Source: Candidatus Rokuibacteriota bacterium
GTDB taxonomy: Bacteria; JAUVQV01; DATDCY01
Direction: 5' to 3'
NCBI GenBank assembly: GCA_031406795.1
Contig: JANOHV010000262.1
Coordinates: 723 to 64,722 of the forward strand
Length of the DNA stretch: 64,000 nt
Of the stretch, positions 1 to 8,483 are shown piece by piece. A program made the position numbers and the translations under genes. The notes below the pieces were generated by a model that was given only the letters and a program-made list of their open reading frames with translations, was not told where the DNA came from and did no database searches. Numbering within the stretch: position 1 is the first letter of the stretch; the number at the start of each line of letters is the position of its first letter.

Positions 1-1080
1 TCCCCAGACCGCAAGGAGGGAGATGCCGATGTGAGGGAGGTAGGTGTAGCGGTCTGCCCTGGACTGCCACCCGACCTGGACCAGCCCGATCATCGGCAGC
101 AGTCCGCCCAGGAACCAGAGCCAGCCCACCGGCAGCCAGGGTTGCCGGTGGCGAAGGCGCCAGAAGGCGGCGGTGACGGCACTGAGGGTCAGGAAGCTTG
201 CGGTCCAGGAGGGCCAGGGAGGCAGGCCGGTCGGGTGAGGATAGAACACCGCAAGGCGGAAGGGATAGAGCGTGGCGACGAGATACGCCCCATAGGCCAC
301 GACCGCATTGGCCGCGCGTGCCGCGAGCGGGATGGTCCCGCCAGAAACGACCGCCCCGCCACTGGTTTGTGCGAACAATGTCGCGGCACTCGAAGCGGCT
401 GCGAGAAGAAAGAGTGGGACCTTTTCTAGGAAAAGCCTCGCTGGCGGAAAAGCCCCGAGGTTGGCGGGGCGGGAACCCGTGGCTGTGTTGCGCCGAGACC
501 TCCAGCGGCCGAGCGGCCACCAGTCCAGGAGCAGCAGCAGGAAGGGGAGGGATACCGGCATCGGTTTCGCAAGAAGGGCGAGGCTGAAAAAAACCGCAGG
601 CGCCAGTTGCCACCCTGCAGCGGTGCGGCGGAGTCCGCGCACGTAGGCCAGAATCGCAAGGAGCGTGAAGACCATCGCGAGCACGTCCTTGCGCTCGCTG
701 GCCCAGGCCACGGACTCAACCCGCAGCGGGTGGACGGCGAAGAGGGCTGCAGCGAAGAAGCTTCGCCAGAGCGTGCCGGTGGTCGCGTTGAACACCGCAA
801 AAAGCAGGAGCGCGCAGCCGGTGTGGAGCGCCAGGCTCATCAGGTGGTGCCGTCCCGGATTCATTCCGAGCAGCTGGACATCCAGCATGTGCGAGAGCCA
901 GGTCAGCGGGTGCCAGTTGGCGGCGCGCGTCGTGGTGAACGCCCACGTGAAACCCTGTGCGGAGAGCCCCCGGGCGACCATCGGATTCGCCGTGATGTAC
1001 TCAGGGTCGTCGAGGGTGATGAAGCCGTTTTCCCCGACGCCGACAAAGGCGAAGAGACAGAGCAAAATGAGCAGGGCCAT
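1..1080 (-). CDS. TPR-containing GT-C membrane glycosyltransferase, DUF1736/PMT-like (partial; C-terminus lies beyond window start)
   Basis: Not in the ORF track because the frame runs off the window edge. Manual reverse translation of 1-1080 gives MALLILLCLFAFVGVGENGFITLDDPEYITANP..WAFTTTRAANWHPLTWLSHMLDV..FAVHPLRVESVAWASERKDVL..LLLLLDWWPLGRW..LPMIGLVQ..RADRYTYLPHIG. This is colinear with the paralogs at 6783-8483, 23431-25206 and 41735-43510. Confidence 0.75.
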   Translation of the reverse strand, partial: MALLILLCLFAFVGVGENGFITLDDPEYITANPMVARGLSAQGFTWAFTTTRAANWHPLTWLSHMLDVQLLGMNPGRHHLMSLALHTGCALLLFAVFNATTGTLWRSFFAAALFAVHPLRVESVAWASERKDVLAMVFTLLAILAYVRGLRRTAAGWQLAPAVFFSLALLAKPMPVSLPFLLLLLDWWPLGRWRSRRNTATGSRPANLGAFPPARLFLEKVPLFLLAAASSAATLFAQTSGGAVVSGGTIPLAARAANAVVAYGAYLVATLYPFRLAVFYPHPTGLPPWPSWTASFLTLSAVTAAFWRLRHRQPWLPVGWLWFLGGLLPMIGLVQVGWQSRADRYTYLPHIGISLLAVWG

Positions 1081-1342
1081 CGCGACCCCGCGCGCGCGGC
1101 CGCCGGGGATCTTCCATCGAGGGGCTGGCGGCTTCAACGCGCGCAACGACCTCCTGTGACGATTGCAGCTGATGCCCGGCGATTCTCCGGCAGGCAGGAT
1201 CCCCTGTCAAGATCACCAAACCGCGCTGTCAAAATGGTGGATTCTTGACTATCATCCGCGAAGCCCTGAAGATTTCCAATCTTCTAGATGAAAGGATCCT
1301 TCGGCCGGTGTTTCGCGGGAAGGGCTCCGGGGGCGGGACAAC

Positions 1343-2131
1343 GTGCCGGGAACTATGAAGAGGCCGAAACCTTCCGAGCGCGCCGGTGAATTCCGGGGCG
1401 TCGCTCCGGTGTGGCTGCCGGAGGTGCACCACGACGCCATCACGCACAGCCTGGCGATCCTCTCCACGGTCTATCAGTACAACCACTGGATCTTCGACAC
1501 CATCCGGGACTTCCTCGGGAGCCGCGTGCTGGAGGTCGGCTCCGGCACGGGCAACATCAGCCAATTTCTGCTCAACGCCGAGAAACTCGTGTGCCTGGAA
1601 CCCTTCGCCCCCTATCATGTCTACCTGACACAGCGCTTTTCCCAGCACCGGAACGTCTCGGTGCTTGGCATCCCCCTCGAGGAGTGCCCGAAGGGGGACG
1701 CCGCCGCGGGTGCGTTCGACTCGGTGGTCTGCCTCAATGTCCTGGAGCATCTCGAGGATGATGCGGGGGCCCTCGCGAAGATGCGCAGCCTCCTGGCCGT
1801 CGGCGGCCGGGTTGTCATCCTGGTCCCGGCCGCGCCGTGGGCATTCGGTTCGATGGACGCCGCGATGGGGCACCATCGGCGGTATTCCCGGAAAAACCTC
1901 GTGTCCCTCTTCAGAAGGTCCGGGCTACGGGTCGAAAAGGCCGCCTACATGAACATGCCGGGCCTGCTGGGGTGGTGGTGGCACGGCCGGCTGCTCAAAC
2001 GCAGCAAGCTGTCCCACGTTTCGGCGCGCGTCTTCGACCGCGTCGTCCCGTTCATCTCCGCGTTGGAGAGGTTGTTCCCGGTGCCGGCGGGGCAGTCGCT
2101 GGTGGTCGTGGGACGCCGGGACGCTGATTGA
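1343..2131 (+). CDS. class I SAM-dependent methyltransferase
   Basis: ORF track 262 aa. Motif LEVGSGTGN (SAM-binding motif I) and VVCLNVLEHLEDD (Methyltransf_11/23-like). GTG start. Confidence 0.8.
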   Translation: MPGTMKRPKPSERAGEFRGVAPVWLPEVHHDAITHSLAILSTVYQYNHWIFDTIRDFLGSRVLEVGSGTGNISQFLLNAEKLVCLEPFAPYHVYLTQRFSQHRNVSVLGIPLEECPKGDAAAGAFDSVVCLNVLEHLEDDAGALAKMRSLLAVGGRVVILVPAAPWAFGSMDAAMGHHRRYSRKNLVSLFRRSGLRVEKAAYMNMPGLLGWWWHGRLLKRSKLSHVSARVFDRVVPFISALERLFPVPAGQSLVVVGRRDAD

Positions 2132-2213
2132 CCTGGCGGTCGGCGAAAGCGGTCGCCGTGAAGAGGCTCCCCGGGTGTTGTGAGCCGCTGCTCGCCGCGC
2201 CTCCTGCCCGAGA

Positions 2214-3689
2214 TCAGAAGGGGCGCGCGGCGGTGTTGAAGGGGATATCCGCCTCCAGGTACCCGAGGGCGCGTGCTGCATCCGCATGGCCGGGCCAGAT
2301 CGCGAGGCAGGCCCGGTAGTCACGCTCCGCTTCTCCCAGACGCCCGAGCCGCACAAGCGTGTTGGCCCGATTGAAAAGCGCGAGCGGGTACGCGGGGAGG
2401 ATCTCAAGAGCGGTTCCATAGTGCGCGACGGCCTGCTCGTCCCGGCCGAGCCACTCGAGATAGGCGCCGCGCTGGTACCAGGCGTTGGCGCTCCGCGGGG
2501 CGGTGCCAAGCTGGGCGGCGGTGAAGCGGTCCGAGTCGGCCCAGGTCAGGTTCCGCGCGAACGTGGCGGTGCCGAGCGTCAGGGCGATTACGACGAGGAC
2601 GGCCCGCCAGCGGCTGCTCCGGGAGAGGAGTTCCGCCGCGCCGAGGGCGACTCCGAGACTCGGCAGGTAGGCCAGGCGTTCACCCATGATGGTGCCGATG
2701 GGGAGCAGAATATTCGCCGTCGGTGCGAAGAGGATCGCGGTGAGGACGACGGGCGTGCGCGCGGCCCGGACGCGGGCCGCCAGCAGCGCCGCCGAGGCCG
2801 CCAGCGCCATTCCCGCCCAGATGCGCGGGTCGGCGAGCGACACGACCGCCGGGATCTGGTTGTAGGAGTAGTCCGCGGACAGGCCGGCGGGGACGACGGT
2901 GCGCGCGAGGTAGAGAACCTGCACCCAGAGCGCGGTGGCGACGCGCCAGAGGACCGGCAGGGACGCGAGGGGGTTGAACAGAGCAAGAAACCCCGGTTCG
3001 TCCGTCATGATCCGATTGGCGGCGAAAGCCGCGGCCATCACGATCGCCGAGGCTGCCAGCGCCCCCCGATGGCGCTGGAGCGCGGCGCGTCCGTCGAAGG
3101 CGAGCAGGACGGCGAAGGGAAACACCACGGCACTCTCCTTCGTCAAAACTGCCCCGGCGAGCAACGCAAGTGCGACGCCCCCCCTGTCGTGCAGGTAGGC
3201 GAGGGCCGCGGCAAAGCACAACAGCGCGGCGAGAAGTTCCGAGGAGCCGACCGCAGGCGCGGTGGCCTCCGTGTGGATCGGCAGGAGCGCAAACAGTGCG
3301 GCGGCGATGAATGCGACGCGCCGCGTACAGCCGAACCGCAGCAGCGTGGCCCGCACGAGCAACACCACGCCGGACCCGAGGACGAGGTTCGCCAGGTGGA
3401 AGATCCAGGGGCGGCCCCCCCCGAGCGTCCACAGGGCTGCCCAGAGAGTCTTGGTGAGCGGCCGATAGAGCAGGCGTTCGCCGAGCGCTCCCGTTACGAA
3501 GGGCTCGGTCCAGATCCGGCCGATATCCGACAGGGAGTGGCCGCCCTCGTTGTCGACGATGTGCGGCAGGTCGTCCCAGACGAACGCGCCGCCGAGCGTG
3601 ACGAGATTCGGGAGCAGAAAGAGCGCGACGAGGAGGATTTGGTCGATCGGGACCTTCCTGCGCAGGGCTGAGAGCGTCAGCGTATGCAA
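2214..3689 (-). CDS. polytopic membrane protein with C-terminal TPR repeats (GT-C glycosyltransferase-like)
   Basis: ORF track 491 aa. Multiple hydrophobic helices, a VWDD motif near the N-terminus, and a C-terminal TPR-like region (AWYQRGAYLEWLGRDEQAVAHY..NRANTLVRLGRLGEAERDYRACL). Confidence 0.7.
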   Translation of the reverse strand: MHTLTLSALRRKVPIDQILLVALFLLPNLVTLGGAFVWDDLPHIVDNEGGHSLSDIGRIWTEPFVTGALGERLLYRPLTKTLWAALWTLGGGRPWIFHLANLVLGSGVVLLVRATLLRFGCTRRVAFIAAALFALLPIHTEATAPAVGSSELLAALLCFAAALAYLHDRGGVALALLAGAVLTKESAVVFPFAVLLAFDGRAALQRHRGALAASAIVMAAAFAANRIMTDEPGFLALFNPLASLPVLWRVATALWVQVLYLARTVVPAGLSADYSYNQIPAVVSLADPRIWAGMALAASAALLAARVRAARTPVVLTAILFAPTANILLPIGTIMGERLAYLPSLGVALGAAELLSRSSRWRAVLVVIALTLGTATFARNLTWADSDRFTAAQLGTAPRSANAWYQRGAYLEWLGRDEQAVAHYGTALEILPAYPLALFNRANTLVRLGRLGEAERDYRACLAIWPGHADAARALGYLEADIPFNTAARPF

Positions 3690-3720
3690 TGGCTGGTCCG
3701 GCCGGGATGTGACGGTCGGT

Positions 3721-3881
3721 CAGAAAAGCGTGTAAATGAACGGCGCCACGACCTGGTGATCCGCAAGCAGGACGAGCACTGCCAGCAAGAGCAGCACCAG
3801 AACGACGGGCATCAGGAAATAGTTCTTCCGCAGCGCCAGGAAACGAAGGAAATCGACGAACGCGAGAAGAGTCTTCAGCAT
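3721..3881 (-). CDS. small hydrophobic membrane protein (53 aa)
   Basis: Not in the ORF track (<60 aa). Reverse translation gives MLKTLLAFVDFLRFLALRKNYFLMPVVLVLLLLAVLVLLADHQVVAPFIYTLF. It sits in the 230-nt gap between two same-strand genes. The only listed ORF in this gap is an antisense low-complexity one. Confidence 0.4.
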
Positions 3882-3919
3882 CCCGAGTGCCTGGGTCGTC
3901 GGCGATTGCGATGCATCGG

Positions 3920-6487
3920 CTATCGGTTTGGCGGCCCGACCGCCTCCGTGTCGCGATAGTGCATGGCGGGAACTTGCTGCAGGAAGGACTCCCGCGACAT
4001 TTGCGGCGCCTCCAGGCGCCTGATGAGGTCGATGTACCGATCGTAGATTCTCCGGGCTTCTTCCTTGCTGAACACCTCTTCCAGTTCGCCGAGCTTCTCG
4101 GCCTGCAACAGGAGCGAATAGTCATGGAGCACCGGATGGATCTGGCGTATGATCTCCATCCCTTGGCGCGCGAACGGCTCCAGGGTGGGGTCTTCCCTCA
4201 TTGCCCGCTCCATGGTTTCGAGATACTGCCGGTACATCCCGTCGAGTTTGTCGTATTGGCGCATGATAAGATACTGGTTGTACAATGATTCGACGGCCCT
4301 TGCCTCGACCGCCGGTTGGAAGTCATACGGTGCCTCGGATTCCAGTTTCTCGACCGGAAGTGCCGGGCTGTCGGGGAGCATCGACCATGCGGTCATGACC
4401 CTGAGCATTTCAACGGCGATCGCTTCCTGGCTGGCGATCGTCGGATGCACATAATCGAGCAGCACGTCCAGGCCGAGGATTCCGTCGGGCGTCAATCGCT
4501 CCAGAGCGCCGATGCTGTCGACAAGGGGGACCCGGTGATCGACTGCAATCTCCCGCAACACCGCCTGCATGCGGGGCAGCGCCCTGAAAGGATAAGCATC
4601 CTTCTCCAGAGCCGAGGAAAAGGCGAGTTTCGCCTCTGCATTCCTGCCCGATCGAAGCAGCGCCACGCCGAGATGGTACCACGTCTCAGCGTGTTCCTCG
4701 TCGGCCGCAACTGCTTGCTCGAGAGAGACGACCGCCGCGGGGAATGCGCCCTGGGCGATCTGGACAACCCCCCTCTTGAATTCGCGCTGCCACACCTTCA
4801 GCGCCGCGGCAGAGAGCCCCGCTTGGTGCCGGGAAGCGTTGGGAATCCAGTCCCTGATATTGACCGGGACATTCAGCAGCAGCACCGGAATGCTCCGGTC
4901 CTGGCAGATTTTCACCATGCGGTCGACATTGTAACGGTATTTGGCCAGGACTTGGCGGTATTGTTCCTGGTCGCGCCGATAGGCGGATGACTTGCCGAAG
5001 GCGAACGCGATGCGATTGGATGCCTGATCTCTCGCCGTATACGTATCCACTTCGTAAGACGGCTTGTTCCGGTGGAAGTGGTCGTAGACGCTCCATCCCA
5101 GGCGGGCGACTGCCAAGCCATTCAGCACTCCCGGCAGGGGCCGCCTTTGAAAGAGAAATGTCTCGAGAAACTCATTGTTGCCGGTGTAAATAAGAACCAG
5201 ATCCGGCTGATAACCGATTACTTCGTCGAACACCGCCTTGACCCTGTGGCTGCCAAAGGTGCCTCCGGCAACGTTGAGTACCTCCACCTGCCGTCCGGGG
5301 AGCAACCGCGCGAGTTTGCGCTCGAGGAATCGTGCCAGATTGTACTTGCCCACGGCAAAAGGCCAGCCACCGGCGGCCGAACCGCCAAGCAGGAAGACCC
5401 GGTAGCCGTTCGGTGGCTTTTCTTTCAAGAAGGTCTGATTCCCGAGAATCAGCCGATGATGACTGGTGCGTCGGTAGACATGACGCCCGTTTTCCAGCAC
5501 CGATTCAAATACCGGCGCGGGATAACGCATTTCAAGATAGGGATTGCTCTCCTGCCCGAGGTAGTTGCGAACCTGCTCGATGACCCGGGCTCCCGCCTCC
5601 AGGAGCAGGAACGAAACAACGACGGCCGTCGCCGGAAAGATCCATCGCCGGTTCCCCGAGAGGCTATCCCGGGCAGCGGCGCCGCGATCCTCGCTCGGCA
5701 CCAAGGCGAACCTCAAACGCAGCCCGAGGGTCCCGAGAAACAAGAACAATCCCAGCCAGAAAAAGGGTCTGCCGGGCGTCTTCTTGACCCGCATAGCGGC
5801 CCGCAGGGTGCCATCGGCCGCATCCTCCCAACTCGCCAGCGAAATTCTGACTCCCCGCCAACCGAAGCTCTCACCCCGTTCCAGCCAGCTTTCGAGCACG
5901 ATATCCGCTCCCTCGAGCACGGCCAGCTGCACCCTGACCCGAGGCTGATCCAAAGCGAAACGGTGCGAGATGAGAGTCACCGTGTTTCCTTCGGCTTCGC
6001 TTCGCCGCACCTGTTGACCAGCCAGAGAGAAGATGAGTTCACGAGTCCCTGCGCCGGTGCGTGAGAGCAGGAAGATCTCACCCGTCTCGTCGTCGAACTT
6101 GTTCAGCTGCAGGTAGAAGTCCTGGCCGGGAACCTGTGTTTCCGCATGTCCCTCGGTGAGTCCGATCTCATGGGGTTCGCCCGCTGCGTCGGTCCTGTCG
6201 ATCCGGACCCGGATCGACAATGGGCCATAATCTGCGACCAAACGTTGCAGGAGCAGGCTGAAAGACCGAACGGACCTTTCTTCGATTTTCGGCGCGTCGG
6301 CGATGGCGGCGGACTCTCCAACGGAGAGCTTCCTGATGTCGTCAAACCCCATGCCGGCATTGACCAACCAACCGCAGAGCAGCGCCAGAATCGCTGCCGT
6401 GAGGCCGTACCTCGTCACGCGGTATGATTGGGGTGCCCCCAATCCGGCGTGCTGCTGTTGAGGGCTGGCCGTGACTTGATTCCTCAT
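3920..6487 (-). CDS. large membrane-anchored protein with SGNH/GDSL-like hydrolase fold region and TPR-like segment
   Basis: ORF track 855 aa. Two N-terminal hydrophobic segments. LLGGSAAGGWPF..VLIYTGNNEF resembles the SGNH hydrolase blocks I/III. AETWYHLGVALLRSGRNAEAKLAFSSALEKD is TPR-like. Confidence 0.6.
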   Translation of the reverse strand: MRNQVTASPQQQHAGLGAPQSYRVTRYGLTAAILALLCGWLVNAGMGFDDIRKLSVGESAAIADAPKIEERSVRSFSLLLQRLVADYGPLSIRVRIDRTDAAGEPHEIGLTEGHAETQVPGQDFYLQLNKFDDETGEIFLLSRTGAGTRELIFSLAGQQVRRSEAEGNTVTLISHRFALDQPRVRVQLAVLEGADIVLESWLERGESFGWRGVRISLASWEDAADGTLRAAMRVKKTPGRPFFWLGLFLFLGTLGLRLRFALVPSEDRGAAARDSLSGNRRWIFPATAVVVSFLLLEAGARVIEQVRNYLGQESNPYLEMRYPAPVFESVLENGRHVYRRTSHHRLILGNQTFLKEKPPNGYRVFLLGGSAAGGWPFAVGKYNLARFLERKLARLLPGRQVEVLNVAGGTFGSHRVKAVFDEVIGYQPDLVLIYTGNNEFLETFLFQRRPLPGVLNGLAVARLGWSVYDHFHRNKPSYEVDTYTARDQASNRIAFAFGKSSAYRRDQEQYRQVLAKYRYNVDRMVKICQDRSIPVLLLNVPVNIRDWIPNASRHQAGLSAAALKVWQREFKRGVVQIAQGAFPAAVVSLEQAVAADEEHAETWYHLGVALLRSGRNAEAKLAFSSALEKDAYPFRALPRMQAVLREIAVDHRVPLVDSIGALERLTPDGILGLDVLLDYVHPTIASQEAIAVEMLRVMTAWSMLPDSPALPVEKLESEAPYDFQPAVEARAVESLYNQYLIMRQYDKLDGMYRQYLETMERAMREDPTLEPFARQGMEIIRQIHPVLHDYSLLLQAEKLGELEEVFSKEEARRIYDRYIDLIRRLEAPQMSRESFLQQVPAMHYRDTEAVGPPNR

Positions 6488-6782
6488 GGTTGGTCAAACG
6501 TAAAGTTTGGCACTGATCCAGAGATTACTCGCACCCTCATGTGGAGTCAAACATCCTCGGAAAGCCACCAAAAACCAGCGGACAAGCCATCCGGGGCTGA
6601 AAGCAATTGATGCTTTTTCGCCCACAGGCAACGTGCAGGCGGGAGATGCAGCAGCTGACGACGACTGGCCGACCTTGACAAGCCGGTGGACTCCCGTGAG
6701 AGTTCCCGGACACGGGACGAAAGGATTCCCGGCGGCGGCGCCGGATAGGAGCAGCGCATTCGATGCCGAGGAGGTTGCATTG

Positions 6783-8483
6783 ATGAATTCGTCGGCGATG
6801 CGGGGGGGCGGTGCACTGATCCGGCTCGCGGTGCTCGCACTGGCCGCCGCGGCGCTCTACGCGGTCTTCGGCGAGGCGCGATCCTTCGGTTTCCTTGATT
6901 ACGATGACGGCGAGTACGTCTTCCGGAATCGGCACCTGATCGAGGGGGGAGCCGTCGAGCGCCTGCGCTGGGCGTTCACCTCCTTCCATGCGGCGAACTG
7001 GCACCCGCTCACCTGGATCTCATTCATCGCGGACCGTGCCCTCTTCGGGCTCGACCCGGAGTGGTATCACCTGGAGAACCTTCTGCTTCACGGTCTTAAC
7101 ACCCTCCTGGCGCTCTGGTTGCTGGTGCGCCTGACCGGGTCTCCGGGGAAGAGTGCACTGGTTGCGGCCCTCTTCGCGCTGCACCCGCTCCGCGTCGAAT
7201 CGGTCGCATGGATCACCGAGCGCAAAGGCCTGCTGATGGCGTTCTTCGCCATGCTGACGTTCCACGCTCACGTTTCTTACACCCGGCGGCCGGCACCCGC
7301 CCGTCTCCTGGCCGTTGCGCTCCTCTTTGCCGGCGCCCTGTTTTCCAAGCCCCAGGCGGTCGCCCTGCCCCTGGTCCTGCTGGTCCTCGACTGGTGGCCG
7401 CTCGGCAGGCTCGGACGGCGTACGGCAGCTGTGGCAGGCAGGGGCGTCGTGCGCGAGAAGGTGCCTCTGCTGCTGCTGGCTGCCGCCGTTACGGCGTTCA
7501 CGGTCGCTGCCCAGCGGCGGGCCGGGGCGATGGCGTCGCTCGAAGGGCTGGCGATCGGGAAAAGGCTGGCGGGCGCCGTGATCGGCCCGGCCGCGTATCT
7601 GGCGAAAACCCTCTGGCCATTCGGGCTCACACCCGAGTACCCGCTCCTCGACCCGCCCTTCTTGCAGGTTGCCGGCGCCGCCTTGACGCTCGCCGGCCTC
7701 ACCGTCGCGGCGGTGCGGGTGCGCGAAACGCAGCCGTGGGTCGCCGCGGGCTGGCTGGTGTTCCTCTTGTTTCTGGCCCCGGTCTCGAACCTTTTCCAGG
7801 CCGGAGGCCAGGCCATGGCGGACCGGTACACCTATCTGCCCCACATCGCGCTATTCTTCGCAGCGGTGTGGTCAGGAGGGCGCGCGCTGCGGAATCATCC
7901 ATGCGCGCGTAACGCAGCCGCCGCCGCCTGTGTCTTGCTCGCGCTCGCCTCAGGTTGGCTTGCGAGCCGGCAGGTGGGATTCTGGCGCGATGAGCTGACG
8001 CTCTTTTCCCACGCTGTCGCGGTGACGCGGGGAAACTGGAAAATGCACTACAACCTGGGCAACACCTTCGAGCGTCTGGGTCGGGACACGGATGCCGAAG
8101 CGCAGTACGGCCTCGCCCTGTCAGTCCGGCCGGATTATGCCGAAGCGCTCAACAATCTGGGAGCCATTCGCGCCCGACACGGCGATGCCGAGACCGCTGC
8201 CGACCTGTTCGCCCGCGCAGTGAGGGTCCGGCCCGAATACGGCCCCGGCTGGTTCAACCTGGGATTTCAGAGCGAACAGCAGGGAGATCTCGCCGCCGCG
8301 CTCCGACAGTACGGCCGGGCGGCAGCCCTGCAGCCCGACGCCGCGGAACCGCGTGTCAGGCTGGGACGGGTCCTCGCGAGGCTGGGGCGCCGGGACGAGG
8401 CAGCCGCTTCCTGTCGAGCGGCGCTGCGGCTCGACCCGTCCTCGGCCGGAGCCGCCGCCTGCCTGCGGGAGGTCTCACGGTGA
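6783..8483 (+). CDS. TPR-containing GT-C membrane glycosyltransferase, DUF1736/PMT-like
   Basis: ORF track 6507-8483. The first ~90 aa are low-complexity, so the start was moved to ATG 6783 (MNSSAMRGG), which is preceded by GGAGG 8 nt upstream. Motifs WHPLTWISF, HPLRVESVAWITERKGLL, LVLLVLDWWPLGRL, ADRYTYLPHIA and C-terminal TPRs (HYNLGNTFERLGRDTDAEAQYGLAL). Confidence 0.8.
   Translation: MNSSAMRGGGALIRLAVLALAAAALYAVFGEARSFGFLDYDDGEYVFRNRHLIEGGAVERLRWAFTSFHAANWHPLTWISFIADRALFGLDPEWYHLENLLLHGLNTLLALWLLVRLTGSPGKSALVAALFALHPLRVESVAWITERKGLLMAFFAMLTFHAHVSYTRRPAPARLLAVALLFAGALFSKPQAVALPLVLLVLDWWPLGRLGRRTAAVAGRGVVREKVPLLLLAAAVTAFTVAAQRRAGAMASLEGLAIGKRLAGAVIGPAAYLAKTLWPFGLTPEYPLLDPPFLQVAGAALTLAGLTVAAVRVRETQPWVAAGWLVFLLFLAPVSNLFQAGGQAMADRYTYLPHIALFFAAVWSGGRALRNHPCARNAAAAACVLLALASGWLASRQVGFWRDELTLFSHAVAVTRGNWKMHYNLGNTFERLGRDTDAEAQYGLALSVRPDYAEALNNLGAIRARHGDAETAADLFARAVRVRPEYGPGWFNLGFQSEQQGDLAAALRQYGRAAALQPDAAEPRVRLGRVLARLGRRDEAAASCRAALRLDPSSAGAAACLREVSR

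Noticed and set aside
6507-6782. N-terminal extensions of track ORFs (also 14129, 16445, 19120, 20306, 20560, 23431-25380, 39726, 41669, 46340-48241, 48567, 54398, 61626)
   Set aside because: Extensions are low complexity and lack an RBS. Internal starts coincide with signal peptides or TM onset, and with SD-like sequences or stop-codon overlaps.
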